A stretch of DNA of 64,000 nucleotides from Gammaproteobacteria bacterium (GTDB lineage: Bacteria; Pseudomonadota; Gammaproteobacteria; GCA-001735895): the NCBI GenBank assembly GCA_050298595.1, contig JBNKUM010000100.1, positions 96,001 to 160,000 on the forward strand, in the 5' to 3' direction. A program made the position numbers and the translations under genes. The notes below the pieces were generated by a model. That model was given only the letters and a program-made list of their open reading frames with translations, made no database searches and had not been told where the DNA came from. Shown here one piece after another: positions 9,801 through 21,002 of the stretch. Position 1 is the stretch's first letter, and each line of letters opens with the position of its first letter.

Positions 9801-11258
9801 TCAGTGCACCGTGCAAACCATACAGGGATCAAACGAGCGGATAATGTGCTGAATACTGGCATCAATCGTTTGTTCATTGTGGATGATGGTGTTCTCTAAT
9901 GCCTGTTCCAGCGCGCCGGGTTGCTCCTGCCTGTCACGCGGGGAAAAATTCCAGGTAGTTGGTGCAATGATCTGATAATTTAAGATGCGACCATTCTTGA
10001 TGCGCAACCAGTGACCTAAACTACCGCGTGCAGCTTCTACCATACCGGCACCCTGAGCTTCGTCAGGAACGGGCTGGTTGTGGCAGTAGGCATCGCCCGT
10101 GGTTAACTGTTTTACCCAGTGTTCCATTTGTGGTACCACCAGTGCCAGTTCCAGCAGTCGGGCAATGACACGGTTTTGCACATTACCTCCGGATTCTGCA
10201 ACCAGCTCACGTATCAGTAGATGACCATTCACCTGCTGTCTTGCCAGTGCCCCCACCTCCATCACCTGTTGATTCAGGCGCGGCGCTTTACACCAGCTAT
10301 ATCCCGTATTTTCATCGCCATCCGGGATGGTACTGCCGTGATAAGGGTGCTTGGCTTCCATCTGTGAATTGAGCCAGCTATGCGTGATATCTTCACTGAT
10401 AAGTTCCGGCTGTAATTCGGCATATTGCTGATCCCAGATACCACTACGAAATAAATGCTGCTGCTTAGTTTGATAAGCGCCATAACTCATGAATTGATTG
10501 CTGGCTATTCCCAGTGTGTGTAGATTTAGATCGCGTGAGATATTCAGGAAATGTGCAAAATCACTGTTAGGAGTATGCTCAATAAGGTTCCAGAGCTGTT
10601 GTGTGGAGCTCAGTTCTGTTACCTGCTCCAGTTCGCAGCCAAATACAATATCCTGAAGAAAATATCGAAACGCTGCGATGGTAGTGCCTAGTCTCATACG
10701 TTCCTGAGTTTCTAGCGGGCGAGTGGTGCCACCGGGTTGTATCGCCAGTGAATGCGGCCATTTACCAGCCAGGATACCAGTCAGGTGTAAGAATGATGAT
10801 CGCGCGGGTAGCACCTGATTGGCTGCTTTACCGATTTGCGCTTTAAAACGTGCCTGGGTATCACTAAACCAGGATCTGTCTTTATAACAATCACGCGCAA
10901 AGTCGGGCATGAAAAACAGATAAAAATGCGTTAGATGATCCGCCATGTTTTCTGCTGCCAGGATCAGGTTGCTTGCAAGCTGTCCATTGGCTGTGGGCTG
11001 TATACCCTGAGCTTCGGCAATTGCTGACGCGGCGGCAACCGATTGTGAGACCGAACAGATACCGCAGATGCGCGGTGTATAAATCAGTGCGTCACGTGGA
11101 TCTTTGCCGTGCAAGATCTGTTCGAAGCCGCGAAACAGCGGGGCGTTCACCCAGGCTTTCTGGATACGCTGCTGATCGGCTTCGATCTGAACCTCAAGAT
11201 CGCCTTCCACTCTATTGAAGGGGCCTAACAGACGACGCTTATTTGAGTTATAAGTCAT
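9801..11258 (-). CDS. hupV: H2-sensing regulatory [NiFe]-hydrogenase large subunit HupV/HoxC (group 2b)
   Basis: GPFNRVEGDLEV, PRICGICSVSQ, ends DPCMVCTVH with no cleavable C-terminal extension. Confidence 0.93.
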   Translation of the reverse strand: MTYNSNKRRLLGPFNRVEGDLEVQIEADQQRIQKAWVNAPLFRGFEQILHGKDPRDALIYTPRICGICSVSQSVAAASAIAEAQGIQPTANGQLASNLILAAENMADHLTHFYLFFMPDFARDCYKDRSWFSDTQARFKAQIGKAANQVLPARSSFLHLTGILAGKWPHSLAIQPGGTTRPLETQERMRLGTTIAAFRYFLQDIVFGCELEQVTELSSTQQLWNLIEHTPNSDFAHFLNISRDLNLHTLGIASNQFMSYGAYQTKQQHLFRSGIWDQQYAELQPELISEDITHSWLNSQMEAKHPYHGSTIPDGDENTGYSWCKAPRLNQQVMEVGALARQQVNGHLLIRELVAESGGNVQNRVIARLLELALVVPQMEHWVKQLTTGDAYCHNQPVPDEAQGAGMVEAARGSLGHWLRIKNGRILNYQIIAPTTWNFSPRDRQEQPGALEQALENTIIHNEQTIDASIQHIIRSFDPCMVCTVH

Positions 11259-11262
11259 ATCA

Positions 11263-12270
11263 TCAGCCCTCATCCTTGTCATCATGCATGCCGGGTGAGA
11301 TACGGATATGATCGGATACCGCATTCACCTTAAGACGTTTAGGTGTCGCTGCCTTGGAAAGGGAGGCGAGTGCTACAAACCAGGCCTTGGGCATGTCGGT
11401 GGGCAGGCCAACAGGGATTCCAGCAATTTTTGGGGTTGTGGTAAAACAGTGTCCCGGCTCTTCAAATTCGGGTGCTGTACAGTTTATGCAGGGATACCCA
11501 CCACGTAAACAGGAGCCTTCACCATTCCAAAGACGGGTGTTGCAATCGGCACGTGCCTGAGTACCCAGACAACCCATATGTTCCATCATGCATCCCTGGT
11601 CAGAAGGATTAAGCGCACTAGCCTTGAATTCATAGTATTCATTACGCGGGCAACCATGATGTACCAGATGATTGGTATAGCTGCGCGGACGGTTGTAGCT
11701 GTCGAGCTGGTTTTTAAGCAGGCCCTCAGCGGATAGTTGAATCAATGTCTCGATGACCCAGTTGGGGTGAGTCGGGCAACCGGCTACATTAATAACGGGC
11801 AGTTGCTCACTGCAACGCCACTTTTCGCCCAGTAAACCTCCCGCCTGTTGTCCTTCAAATTGCAACCCGCAGGCTTCGCCGGGATTACCACCCGCCGTGG
11901 TAATACCACCAAAGGCAGCACAGTTTCCAATAGCGAGTGTATATCTGGCTTTTTCAGACAGACTTTTAATGACGTCAAACATGGGGCGTCTGGTTCCACT
12001 GAGTAGATGAAATCGACCACTACCCGCAGGCCCCATCATAACTGAGCCTTCAAGACATAGCGCATCTAATCTGATTTCATTGTTTTCGATCTGTAACAAC
12101 AGCTTAACAAAATCATCCCCACATTCTTCACTCAGGGAAGGGTGCCAGAGTAGCTTGATGTGGCTATGATGCAATGACTGATAAAAATCGGGAGATTCAG
12201 CATTCAGTACCGACATGCTACAACCGCCGCAGCCACCGGACTGTAACCAGAGCACATTGAAGCTGGGCAT
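11263..12270 (-). CDS. hupU: H2-sensing hydrogenase small subunit HupU/HoxB
   Basis: WLQSGGCGGCSMS, no Tat leader, GCPTHP, C-terminal GLPTDMPKAWF. Confidence 0.93.
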   Translation of the reverse strand: MPSFNVLWLQSGGCGGCSMSVLNAESPDFYQSLHHSHIKLLWHPSLSEECGDDFVKLLLQIENNEIRLDALCLEGSVMMGPAGSGRFHLLSGTRRPMFDVIKSLSEKARYTLAIGNCAAFGGITTAGGNPGEACGLQFEGQQAGGLLGEKWRCSEQLPVINVAGCPTHPNWVIETLIQLSAEGLLKNQLDSYNRPRSYTNHLVHHGCPRNEYYEFKASALNPSDQGCMMEHMGCLGTQARADCNTRLWNGEGSCLRGGYPCINCTAPEFEEPGHCFTTTPKIAGIPVGLPTDMPKAWFVALASLSKAATPKRLKVNAVSDHIRISPGMHDDKDEG

Positions 12271-12271
12271 G

Positions 12272-13639
12272 TTAATCAGCCTCAAGTGGCAGGCTTAATT
12301 TAAACACGGCACCCTGTTCATCACTACTCACGGTCAGGTCTCCCTGGCATTGTTCCGTCGCCAGGCCATAACTGATGTATAGTCCCAGGCCGGTTCCACT
12401 ACCAACTGATTTGGTGGTGAAGAAGGGGTCAAAGATTTTTACGATATCTGATTGCGTTATGCCATGACCATTATCGCTTATCAGAATGTGGACTTTAGAG
12501 TTATCGGTATTTATTGAAATAGAGAGCTGGGGTTTTTCAGTCTCCAACATCGCATCGACTGCATTCTGTATCAGGTTAACCAGTATCTGGTGAATATAAC
12601 CTTCATTGTTGGTAATCATCAAAGAAGCAGGAAAGTCATTGCTGATATCGAGCTTTATTGTGGCCGATTTCAATACCCAGGAGGCAGCGCGATTGATGAC
12701 CGGGATCAGGTCAAACTCCTGTTTTCTGCTCTGCTGGGGTGTGGTGAATCGACGCAGGTTCTGGACGATTTCAGATACTCTTTCAGCACCTTCCAGTGAA
12801 CCTTCCACCAGTGGTTCTATATCATCCATCATGGCATTGATGCGAAATTCTTCGCGTAGCTTTTCGTGTGTAGCTGTAGAGGTGTTGCTGTGGATAGCGT
12901 CGATGTATTGTTTGAATTTTTGATGATAGCCTTTTAGCGCATGCATATTGGCATATAGAAAACTGATCGGGTTATTCAGTTCATGTGCAACGCCCGCAAC
13001 CAGTCGGCCCAGAGATGCCATTTTTTCTGATTGAATCAATTGTAATTGAGCTGTTTTTAATTCTTCGTGCGCCTTATGTAGTGCTGAGTAAGCCTTACGT
13101 AACTCCCCCAGCGGGCGCCCCGTAATGACCAGACCGGAGAGACGGTTTTTATGGTCGAAACGTGCATTGCAGTTAATCGCCATCGGCACATTCTGTTGTT
13201 GACTATCGATTAAATCTAGTTCGCAATCTATCAATGAACCTGAACGTATGTGGTCTGGAAAATCAGCGATCAAAGGCAGATGTTTTGTGGCAAACAGTTT
13301 CTGTAACGACAGGCCTTTAAGCTCGCTATCGCTGCTTCCGATAAGTTCGGTCAGAGCCTTATTGACCTGCTGGATATGGCCATCGATATCGCACACGATA
13401 AGAATGTCGGAAATGGATGAAATAACACTGTTGATAAAACTCTGTGCATTCTCTAATGCGGAATTTTTTTCTTCCAGCTCTACCTGATAATGTACCAGGT
13501 TGGCATAAATACTGTCCATCTGCTGGATCACTTCTATCCAGGCTTTATCGTCAGCTCGACGCACCTGCTGATCCATTTCGGCAGTCAGGCCAGCCTGATT
13601 GGTCAGGCTGGTAGTATTTTGTGAGCGCAACTCATTCAT
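12272..13639 (-). CDS. hupT: PAS-domain histidine kinase HupT/HoxJ
   Basis: [11 protein letters not shown]-terminus, PAS domain, H-box [21 protein letters not shown]; adjacent to hupUV. Confidence 0.92.
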   Translation of the reverse strand: MNELRSQNTTSLTNQAGLTAEMDQQVRRADDKAWIEVIQQMDSIYANLVHYQVELEEKNSALENAQSFINSVISSISDILIVCDIDGHIQQVNKALTELIGSSDSELKGLSLQKLFATKHLPLIADFPDHIRSGSLIDCELDLIDSQQQNVPMAINCNARFDHKNRLSGLVITGRPLGELRKAYSALHKAHEELKTAQLQLIQSEKMASLGRLVAGVAHELNNPISFLYANMHALKGYHQKFKQYIDAIHSNTSTATHEKLREEFRINAMMDDIEPLVEGSLEGAERVSEIVQNLRRFTTPQQSRKQEFDLIPVINRAASWVLKSATIKLDISNDFPASLMITNNEGYIHQILVNLIQNAVDAMLETEKPQLSISINTDNSKVHILISDNGHGITQSDIVKIFDPFFTTKSVGSGTGLGLYISYGLATEQCQGDLTVSSDEQGAVFKLSLPLEAD

Positions 13640-15108
13640 GCAACGTGAATGGATTCAAGATTGCTGTTTTTTTCCAGCCCATAACGCTCCAGCTTATTAC
13701 GTAGTCCCACGCGCGATAGCCCCAGCTCCTGCGCAGCCTGGGTTTTATTCCAGCGCAGACGCATCAGGGTTTCTTTCAGGATACGCGCTTCCAGTGACTC
13801 TACGCGTTCTTTTAGTGTCCCTTCTATGCCTGTCAACAGCATCATGTCTGCCTGAGATTCTTCTGGTGTAGCATGCAAAATTTGCGGGGAAACCAGGTTT
13901 GATCCCAGGTAATCATCCTGTCCCAGCACTAGCATGCGTTTTATCTCGTTCTGCATTTCACGCACATTACCGGGCCATTGATAGCTCTGGAAACAATTCA
14001 ATACTTCTTCGCTAATGCCTTTGACCCGTTTGCCCAGCTGATCCATGGTTTGATTAAGGATGGCAATGGCCAGTGGAGTTATGTCGTTGCGACGTTCACG
14101 TAGAGGTGGAACCTTAACTTCAAAAGTAGCGATACGATAGAAAAGGTCCTGACGGAACTTACCGCTGCGCACGTCCTCTTCCAGGTCACGGTTGGTGGCT
14201 GCAATTACTCGTACATCAATCGGGCGACGATGGTTGCTGCCCAGTGGGCGGATTTCGCCTTCCTGTAATACACGCAATAGTTTTACCTGAAACGCCGGTG
14301 AGGTTTCACCGATTTCATCCAGAAAGATGGTGCCACCACTGGCACGTTCGAACAGACCTACGCGGTCTTCAATCGCCCCGGTAAATGCACCACGTTTATG
14401 CCCAAACAATTCGCTCTCGAGTAATTCGTCAGGCAGGGCACCGCAGTTTTCCGCCACAAAAGGCTTATTCTGACGCAGGCTGTTGTAGTGCAGGGCGCGT
14501 GCACATAGCTCCTTGCCGGTTCCAGATTCGCCGCTAAGTAATACGTTCACATCGTAGGGGGCAACTCTACGAATAAGATTGCATATTTCGTTCATGCAGC
14601 TTTCGGGGCTACGCACTATGCCCTGATCCCAGTCGTAACGAGCTTTCAGCAGGCGACGTTTTTCAATCATGGCCTGTTCGATGGTGTCAGGCTTGAGCTT
14701 GAGTTCGACTGCTAACTGTTCGTTTTCACGCTGCAGACGAAACAGCTCAACTGCGTTATTCAATTTAGTGATCAGTTCGTCAGGATGCCAGGGTTTGGTA
14801 ATGTATTGATAGATACCGCCCTTGTTGACGGCATTAATGATATCTTCAGCCTCGCTATAACCGGAGATAATCATGCGTACTACATCGGGATAGGACTCGC
14901 GTACCTTTTCAGAAAATTCAACGCCGCTCATACCGGGCATACGTTGGTCGCATAGCATCACCTGTATCCATTGCAGGCGTAATATTTCTTCAGCCTGATC
15001 GGTATCGATAGCGGTGAACACTTCGAAACGATCACCAAGTATGCGTTGAATGGATTCCAGCGAGCGCTGTTCATCATCTACTACCAGTACGCTGGGTAAT
15101 GCATCCAT
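13636..15108 (-). CDS. hupR: Sigma54-dependent response regulator HupR/HoxA
   Basis: Receiver domain (CDQRMP), Walker A GESGTGKE, intact GAFTGA, C-terminal Fis-type HTH. Confidence 0.92.
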   Translation of the reverse strand: MDALPSVLVVDDEQRSLESIQRILGDRFEVFTAIDTDQAEEILRLQWIQVMLCDQRMPGMSGVEFSEKVRESYPDVVRMIISGYSEAEDIINAVNKGGIYQYITKPWHPDELITKLNNAVELFRLQRENEQLAVELKLKPDTIEQAMIEKRRLLKARYDWDQGIVRSPESCMNEICNLIRRVAPYDVNVLLSGESGTGKELCARALHYNSLRQNKPFVAENCGALPDELLESELFGHKRGAFTGAIEDRVGLFERASGGTIFLDEIGETSPAFQVKLLRVLQEGEIRPLGSNHRRPIDVRVIAATNRDLEEDVRSGKFRQDLFYRIATFEVKVPPLRERRNDITPLAIAILNQTMDQLGKRVKGISEEVLNCFQSYQWPGNVREMQNEIKRMLVLGQDDYLGSNLVSPQILHATPEESQADMMLLTGIEGTLKERVESLEARILKETLMRLRWNKTQAAQELGLSRVGLRNKLERYGLEKNSNLESIHVA

Positions 15109-15111
15109 TGC

Positions 15112-16014
15112 TTATACTCCTACTGCAGCTTGTTCTGACTGGGGCTGAAATCCTATTAAGCGACTTTGATGGGTCAGTTTGATCCACTGGTACCAGTGAT
15201 CCAGCCCCTCTCCTGTTTTAGCGGAAACCTTAAACACCTGAATGCCCGGGTTGATTCTGCGCGCGTAGTCGATGCATTTTTCAATATCAAAATCCAGATA
15301 AGGCAGCAGGTCGATTTTGTTTAACAGTAGCAGGTCGGCGGCATGAAACATATCGGGATATTTAATCGGTTTATCTTCGCCTTCGGTGATCGATAGTATC
15401 GCTACCTTGTGAGCTTCGCCCAGATCAAAGGCAGCCGGACAAACCAGATTACCGACATTCTCAATAAATAAAACTGACTTATCCTGAGGAGCAAGATGAT
15501 CTACTGCATGACCCACCTGATGCGCATCCAGATGACAGCCTTTACCAGTATTGATCTGGATCGCGGTTACCCCGGTCTCGCGGATACGGTCTGCATCGTT
15601 TGAGGTTTCCTGATCGCCTTCGATAACTGCCAGTGGCATGTCATCCTTCAGGTCATTCAGGGTGCGCGTGAGTAGCGTGGTCTTACCGGAGCCGGGGCTG
15701 GATACCAGATTCAATGTGAGCATGCCCTGGCGCGTGAAGCGGTTGCGGTTGACCTGTGCATATTCATTGTTTTTGCCGAGTATATCCTGCTCAATCTGCA
15801 CCATACGCGACTGACTCATGCCGGGTGCATGTGCATGTGCCGGGCCATGTCCGTAATGATGGCTGTGAGCATGATCGTGATCATGGTTGTGCTCATGAGG
15901 GTGAGAGTGGTCGTGATCATGCTCATGACTATGAGCATGGTGATGATCGTGAGAATGTTCCTGTTCGTCTTCTATCCGGCTTTCGCCTTCACCGCATCCG
16001 CATACTGTGCACAT
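15112..16014 (-). CDS. hypB: Nickel-insertion GTPase HypB
   Basis: MCTVCGC N-terminus with GGAGA RBS, His-rich tract, [23 protein letters not shown]. Confidence 0.97.
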   Translation of the reverse strand: MCTVCGCGEGESRIEDEQEHSHDHHHAHSHEHDHDHSHPHEHNHDHDHAHSHHYGHGPAHAHAPGMSQSRMVQIEQDILGKNNEYAQVNRNRFTRQGMLTLNLVSSPGSGKTTLLTRTLNDLKDDMPLAVIEGDQETSNDADRIRETGVTAIQINTGKGCHLDAHQVGHAVDHLAPQDKSVLFIENVGNLVCPAAFDLGEAHKVAILSITEGEDKPIKYPDMFHAADLLLLNKIDLLPYLDFDIEKCIDYARRINPGIQVFKVSAKTGEGLDHWYQWIKLTHQSRLIGFQPQSEQAAVGV

Positions 16015-16134
16015 GGTTTTTTCTCCGTTGTTGTCTGGTTTTGGGGCCTGTTTTTTTGTTGGCCTTTTAAACCAAGAATAAAATGTTTTTTCTACTTCTC
16101 TAATCCGAGAGGTTGACATCCTCTAGTAAGATTC

Positions 16135-16476
16135 TTATTCAACTTCCAGCTCCTTGATTCTCATTTCCTCACCACTGGTGACCTGTAACTGAAAACTGCC
16201 ACAGTCTGGGCATTCATCAAAGCGCTGTTTGACGCTGACATTTTTGCTGCATTGCATGCACCAGGCTAGTCCCGGCACATTAATAATATTCAGTTGTGCG
16301 CCATCAGCCAGACTATTGCGGGTGACGGCATCGAAACAGAATTCCATGGCCTCTATCTCGACTCCGGCCAGGTCGCCTATCTCCAGCCAGACGCTTTTAA
16401 CCTTTTCGAAGCCCTGTTTCTGGGCTTCACTTTCTAATACCTGAAGTACACCTTCGCATAGCGACATTTCATGCAT
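16135..16476 (-). CDS. hypA: Nickel metallochaperone HypA
   Basis: MHEMS start; CxxC...CPxC zinc site. Confidence 0.97.
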   Translation of the reverse strand: MHEMSLCEGVLQVLESEAQKQGFEKVKSVWLEIGDLAGVEIEAMEFCFDAVTRNSLADGAQLNIINVPGLAWCMQCSKNVSVKQRFDECPDCGSFQLQVTSGEEMRIKELEVE

Positions 16477-17651
16477 TAGTGGACCTTTAGTTCATAACCG
16501 ACGCAGGGATCGATCACATTGATCATCAACCGAGCCAGCTTTTGCAGTAGCTCTGGGTCTTTGCTGGTCAGGTTACTCAGGCTGTGAGCGATAAGGCCCT
16601 GTGGATGAAAATTCCACTCAGTAGGCGCAAGAATCTGGTACTGGCTGATCTGGTCATTATCTATCTCTACACGGTGGATCAGGCGACCACGTGCAGCTTC
16701 GGTTTGTGCCAGACCCATGTTCGAGCTTGCCACAGCAGGGCTGGTTGAATCCGATGACTCAATCTCAGCCATTAACTGGCGTAGCTGAGTTGGAATACGT
16801 GCCAGTTCCAGCAGGCGTGCTACCCAGCGTGTAATCAATGTGTTGTGAAATTCCTGAGCCAGTGACTGTATCAGGGGTTGATCCATCTGGCGTGACAGGG
16901 TGGTGGTTTCGTATTTTTGACCATGCCATTCCGGCTGTGCAATGAACTGATCGGCTGTGTTGTCGTTAAAGCGCTGTATCAGTTCATTATTGTCCAGCTC
17001 CGGTAAGGGATCGAGGCGCGAAAAACCCTGTGAAGTCCAGCCGTGATCGCAGATGATAGAAAGCGAGTTAGTGGCGGTGCTGTCATGCCCTTTGGACCAG
17101 TTATACAGGGTATCGATATCGTTAATCTGCAACCATTGCTCGGTGGGCTGATGGTATATGGCCTGTTGCAGGGTGTTTTCCAGCTGATTAATCAATTGAC
17201 GCAAGAGTTGGCCATCAGGCTGTAACTGGCTATGCAAAGCAAAGGCATCGCCATTGGCGAATAAAGCCACTTTGAATTCCTTAATCAGCTGGCCCAGCAG
17301 TGGTAGCTGGCTCTGATCCTGTTTCAGTTTGAAGAGCGTAGGCCAGTCGATCAGGATACGAAATAGATGTTCACGCGCATTTTCTACCAGAACCAGCATG
17401 TCTCTGGCTGCTTCTGCATTGCGTTTTTCCGCTATAGCCAGATTATTCTGTATCGCCTTAAGCGAGGTTCTGGCCTGTGCCACACCACACACGTTGTACA
17501 TTAAGGGTAATACCTTTAACGCTTCTTCAGGTGTTTTGCCAATCATCACTTTGCAAGCCTGCAGAGGGCGGGATGAGCTGATTTCGACTCGCTGCTGGGC
17601 TATTTTATTGGGGTAGAGGTCGATGTTTAACAGGCCTTCGATGGCATTCAT
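16476..17651 (-). CDS. hupK: Hydrogenase scaffold protein HupK/HoxV
   Basis: YNVCGVAQ, EAARGRLIH, APTEWNFHP, IDPCV (degenerate large-subunit homologue). Confidence 0.88.
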   Translation of the reverse strand: MNAIEGLLNIDLYPNKIAQQRVEISSSRPLQACKVMIGKTPEEALKVLPLMYNVCGVAQARTSLKAIQNNLAIAEKRNAEAARDMLVLVENAREHLFRILIDWPTLFKLKQDQSQLPLLGQLIKEFKVALFANGDAFALHSQLQPDGQLLRQLINQLENTLQQAIYHQPTEQWLQINDIDTLYNWSKGHDSTATNSLSIICDHGWTSQGFSRLDPLPELDNNELIQRFNDNTADQFIAQPEWHGQKYETTTLSRQMDQPLIQSLAQEFHNTLITRWVARLLELARIPTQLRQLMAEIESSDSTSPAVASSNMGLAQTEAARGRLIHRVEIDNDQISQYQILAPTEWNFHPQGLIAHSLSNLTSKDPELLQKLARLMINVIDPCVGYELKVH

Positions 17652-18265
17652 GAGTTATCTCCATCCGAGTTAAACATAGCGCGTAATAATTCGCGTCTAC
17701 TTAAGGGTTGCTGTAGGCGTTCGCTGATCATTGGTCTTTCGGTTTCAGGGTTATTAGTATTATTTATTGTAGCCTGTTGAGGTTCAATTTCAGGCACATC
17801 TTCTCCTTTCCAGATGTTTTCCATCTGTTGCGGCTGGACATGCATCTCATCCTGATTCCGTGGATTCATTATTTCCTGCATAATGATTTGAGCGGTTTCT
17901 ACAGCGCTGTCATCGTCAGTAAAGTCAAACATGGGGGAGAACAGGCTGCACATCTGGTATTTGCCTATCTCTTCTTCATATCCTGTAATGAATTCGTAGC
18001 GCCCTGAGGGGAATACATACGAGCGTTTGCTCAATTCGTGAAACTCGGACCAGTCTTCCTGCTCACCTGGTATCAGCATCAGGTTCATAAACCAGGGAGT
18101 GCTAAGTACACCCAGGTAATGCTGTTGCCAGGGCTGGAAACCTGTTGCATGCACCTGAAGCTTATCGTTGACCATGGGCATATCTGTCATACGCTCTTTA
18201 TAAATACGATTAAAAACAGCTTCTAGTTTACGCGTGATTTCAACTTCGGGTTTGTCTGACATCAA
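17648..18265 (-). CDS. hupJ: [NiFe]-hydrogenase assembly chaperone HupJ/HoxT (HybE family)
   Basis: TPWFMNLML, FPSGRYEF, CSLFSPM, C-terminal SRRELL. Confidence 0.88.
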   Translation of the reverse strand: MMSDKPEVEITRKLEAVFNRIYKERMTDMPMVNDKLQVHATGFQPWQQHYLGVLSTPWFMNLMLIPGEQEDWSEFHELSKRSYVFPSGRYEFITGYEEEIGKYQMCSLFSPMFDFTDDDSAVETAQIIMQEIMNPRNQDEMHVQPQQMENIWKGEDVPEIEPQQATINNTNNPETERPMISERLQQPLSRRELLRAMFNSDGDNS

Positions 18266-18335
18266 TAAACCCCGAATTTAGCGCTATACACAGCTGTTCG
18301 GTTCCTGTACAGGGTGTTCATTTTGATGAGCGGCC

Positions 18336-18557
18336 TTAATCTTCCAGTACCATGAAGTCAATCTTTTTACTGTCGCACTGAGGGCAGGTCCAGTGAGCGG
18401 GTAATTGCGAAAATGGTGTTCCAGCAGCGATCTGCCAGTATTCATCGCCTTTGACTGGGTCGTATACATGCCAGCAAATCTTGCACTCAAGGCGTGTGTC
18501 ATCGCTCAGTTTGCTATTGTCACCGCCAAATGATCCGGGTATGTGTTGCTGGTTCAT
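18336..18557 (-). CDS. hupI: Rubredoxin HupI/HoxR
   Basis: ECKICWHVYDP...WTCPQC. Confidence 0.92.
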   Translation of the reverse strand: MNQQHIPGSFGGDNSKLSDDTRLECKICWHVYDPVKGDEYWQIAAGTPFSQLPAHWTCPQCDSKKIDFMVLED

Positions 18558-18559
18558 CT

Positions 18560-19429
18560 TTACTCGTAAATGCTGAGAATTTCATTCAATCGTTGTGCGC
18601 TATCGTCAATATCTTCCTGCGATGCGCGAGCAACTTCGGGGACCTTACTGATTTCTATCGTATTCAAAATCAGGGTTTCCTGCGAGTTATAATATTGTAC
18701 CCACCAGACATTGCGTGTAGCTGTACTGCTGATACGACAGTTACCGTAACCACGCGACAGAATAATGATCGGTCCTATGCCAAGCTGGTCAGACAGATAC
18801 AGTAGATCCTGTTCTGTATGCGGTAACAGCGACAGGTTGATGACATAGGGCTCGTCGACGGGTCTGTATCCGGGTAGCTTATCGTGGATTTCTACTAATA
18901 AAGGTGCCGCGTTATATACGTCATCCGGTATCTGTAAGTCTGCTATCGTTATATTTTGCCGGGCTTCTGCAAAGGTTAATTCGCTGATCAGTCCAGGAAT
19001 ATCGGCTATCTCGATGGTATCACGGATAATAGCCTGATGTTCATCTACGTATTGCACGCGCCATACTCCAGCCAGCACCGATTCCTGAATCAGGGCATTG
19101 ATATTACCGGAGCATTGCACGCTGACTTCGCCTTCGCCCAGTAGCTGATCGAAGAACTGTCGGTTTTTCAGATCAAGCTCGTTAAGCTCAAAGATCTGGG
19201 TGGAACCGCCAACTTTGTAATGCTGAAGGCCCTGTTCGATTTTTCGAGTGAGATCTATTGCGTTTTCCAGCCCAATGATTTCTTCCGCTTCTGGGATCAT
19301 AGGGGCTTCATAGGTAAACATGCCGGAGGGCATTTGCATGAAGGTCATTTCTGCACCATCGCTGTCTGCGGGCTGCGAGCCGGGGCCAACAACTGGGCTT
19401 ATTTCAATAGGGATGTGTATTTTATTCAT
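18560..19429 (-). CDS. hupH: Hydrogenase expression protein HupH/HoxQ
   Basis: GPGSQP, LGEGEVS, INLSLLP, LSRGYGNCRISST; start at 19429 after GGAG RBS. Confidence 0.9.
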   Translation of the reverse strand: MNKIHIPIEISPVVGPGSQPADSDGAEMTFMQMPSGMFTYEAPMIPEAEEIIGLENAIDLTRKIEQGLQHYKVGGSTQIFELNELDLKNRQFFDQLLGEGEVSVQCSGNINALIQESVLAGVWRVQYVDEHQAIIRDTIEIADIPGLISELTFAEARQNITIADLQIPDDVYNAAPLLVEIHDKLPGYRPVDEPYVINLSLLPHTEQDLLYLSDQLGIGPIIILSRGYGNCRISSTATRNVWWVQYYNSQETLILNTIEISKVPEVARASQEDIDDSAQRLNEILSIYE

Positions 19430-19439
19430 GTTGATCTCC

Positions 19440-19871
19440 TCAGGGTTGACTGCAAGCGGATACAGCTTGCTCAACGGGTAGCGCAAAGCCGGGCGCAGAT
19501 CTGGGTTGTGAGCTTAATATCTGATTGATCTGGGTAAGGTAGGTGCCCCAATCCTGCACTCGGCTGACCACACCGAGATATTTTGCATCGCGCAGGAATA
19601 CCAGGGTTGGCCATTCGTTAAAGCCATAACGGGTTTGTAGCTTGCGCTGTGCGCTCTGGTCGATGACAGCAGCAGCAAATCTATTACCATATTCCTTTAC
19701 CAGCTCAGGCAGGATCATTGACACATCGTTGCTTTCTGGAAAACGAGTCGGGTCTTCGGTGAAGAACAACACGCATTCTTCGTGATTCTGAATGAATGTG
19801 TCATGCGCGGCTTCATCCAGTAGTGGGTAACCATATTTTTCTATCATGTTTTCAATCAGTGGTGATGGCAT
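19440..19871 (-). CDS. hupG: Thioredoxin-like hydrogenase accessory protein HupG/HoxO (HyaE family)
   Basis: DPTRFPESNDV..ILPEL, WPTLVFLR, QDW. Confidence 0.88.
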   Translation of the reverse strand: MPSPLIENMIEKYGYPLLDEAAHDTFIQNHEECVLFFTEDPTRFPESNDVSMILPELVKEYGNRFAAAVIDQSAQRKLQTRYGFNEWPTLVFLRDAKYLGVVSRVQDWGTYLTQINQILSSQPRSAPGFALPVEQAVSACSQP

Positions 19872-19913
19872 GCTTACTCCTCAGTTTATTCTGGTTTTTA
19901 TATTGTTTGGGGT

Positions 19914-20264
19914 TTAGTGTTTCTTCCGACTCTGTTCCAGTGCTATCAATGATTCTGGCTTTGGTATTTCACGGTCGATCAAATCGGCGAACAGCGCTTC
20001 AATAGATTCACTCTGCAGTGACGATTCGCTGATTCCCCCATCGTTTTGCATGATCAGGTCGATGGCTTTGACTGCATCGGTAATGCGTGCGGCATCCTCT
20101 TCGCTCAATACCTCGCGCGCGCTATCGAGAAAGATCAGTAGCCAGGTTCCAGGTGGCTGTTCGCCGACCAGGAGAGTATCAACCTCGCGTTGCATGCCCA
20201 TGCCTTCACAGCGGGCATAGCCGAAACCGGATTCCAAAACCTGCATGGGAATACCGATACACAT
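19914..20264 (-). CDS. hupF: HypC-paralogous chaperone HupF/HoxL
   Basis: MCIGIPMQV, FLDSAREVL, LFADLIDRE. Confidence 0.9.
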   Translation of the reverse strand: MCIGIPMQVLESGFGYARCEGMGMQREVDTLLVGEQPPGTWLLIFLDSAREVLSEEDAARITDAVKAIDLIMQNDGGISESSLQSESIEALFADLIDREIPKPESLIALEQSRKKH

Positions 20265-20291
20265 TAGCGGCGGTTCTGCTCATAGACGGCT

Positions 20292-21002
20292 TTAAGCATG
20301 CTTATCACCGTACTTACCCCTATGGTCTACATCGCAGCTGATGGTTTTTTCAGGGTCTAGCGGGTAGGGCCGGTAGCCAATTTCAAATTCGGCTGATTTA
20401 AGTACGCGTTCATCGCCGATGCGACAGGCCAGTTCAGGGCCGGGTCGATCCTGTTCGTAGGCTTCGATATGCATTTCCTGACCGGACAGGGATGCTTCGG
20501 GTGGCAGTGGTTTAGATCTTTTTGATGCCTGAATATCAAACTGCTGTAACCACTTGAGTGCTGACTGAATGGCGGGTTCGATTTGCTGGCGGGTTTTTTC
20601 GCGCAGACTGCCGCCGAAGTCTTCCAGCTGCACCGGTTGCACACCGACCAGTAATAGATGTTGCGGATAACGGCCAAGCATTTCTGCCATCGCCAGTACT
20701 TCCTGAAAACCGGTCTGATGCAGGCTCATCTTTTTGGCCCCCATGAATTTGGGTACATCATCACCTTCTATCAGGCGCAGGGTGCCGGGTTCGAGTCCGT
20801 AATCGATGGCATCAAATACGACTAACAGGTCAGCCTGTTCTACGTATTGCACCAGGTAGATGCCCTGAGTGCCACCATCCATCAGGGTGACGTTTTCATC
20901 AAATTGATAGTAACGATTTAACTGTTCAACCGCTCGAACGCCGAAACCTTCGTCAGCCCAGAGAAGATTTCCTATACCGAGAATAAGCGTTTTGTAGGTC
21001 AT
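20292..21002 (-). CDS. hupD: Hydrogenase maturation endopeptidase HupD/HoxM
   Basis: LGIGNLLWADEGFG, DGGTQG, SLHQTGFQEVL. Confidence 0.95.
   Translation of the reverse strand: MTYKTLILGIGNLLWADEGFGVRAVEQLNRYYQFDENVTLMDGGTQGIYLVQYVEQADLLVVFDAIDYGLEPGTLRLIEGDDVPKFMGAKKMSLHQTGFQEVLAMAEMLGRYPQHLLLVGVQPVQLEDFGGSLREKTRQQIEPAIQSALKWLQQFDIQASKRSKPLPPEASLSGQEMHIEAYEQDRPGPELACRIGDERVLKSAEFEIGYRPYPLDPEKTISCDVDHRGKYGDKHA

Noticed and set aside
15850-15960. CAT/GAT-rich periodic sequence and overlapping antisense ORFs
   Set aside because: It is the His-rich nickel-binding tract of HypB.
16015-16119. 35 aa N-terminal extension of HypB in the ORF track
   Set aside because: Conserved MCTVCGC start at 16014 has a well-placed GGAGA RBS; the upstream ATG lacks a properly spaced one.
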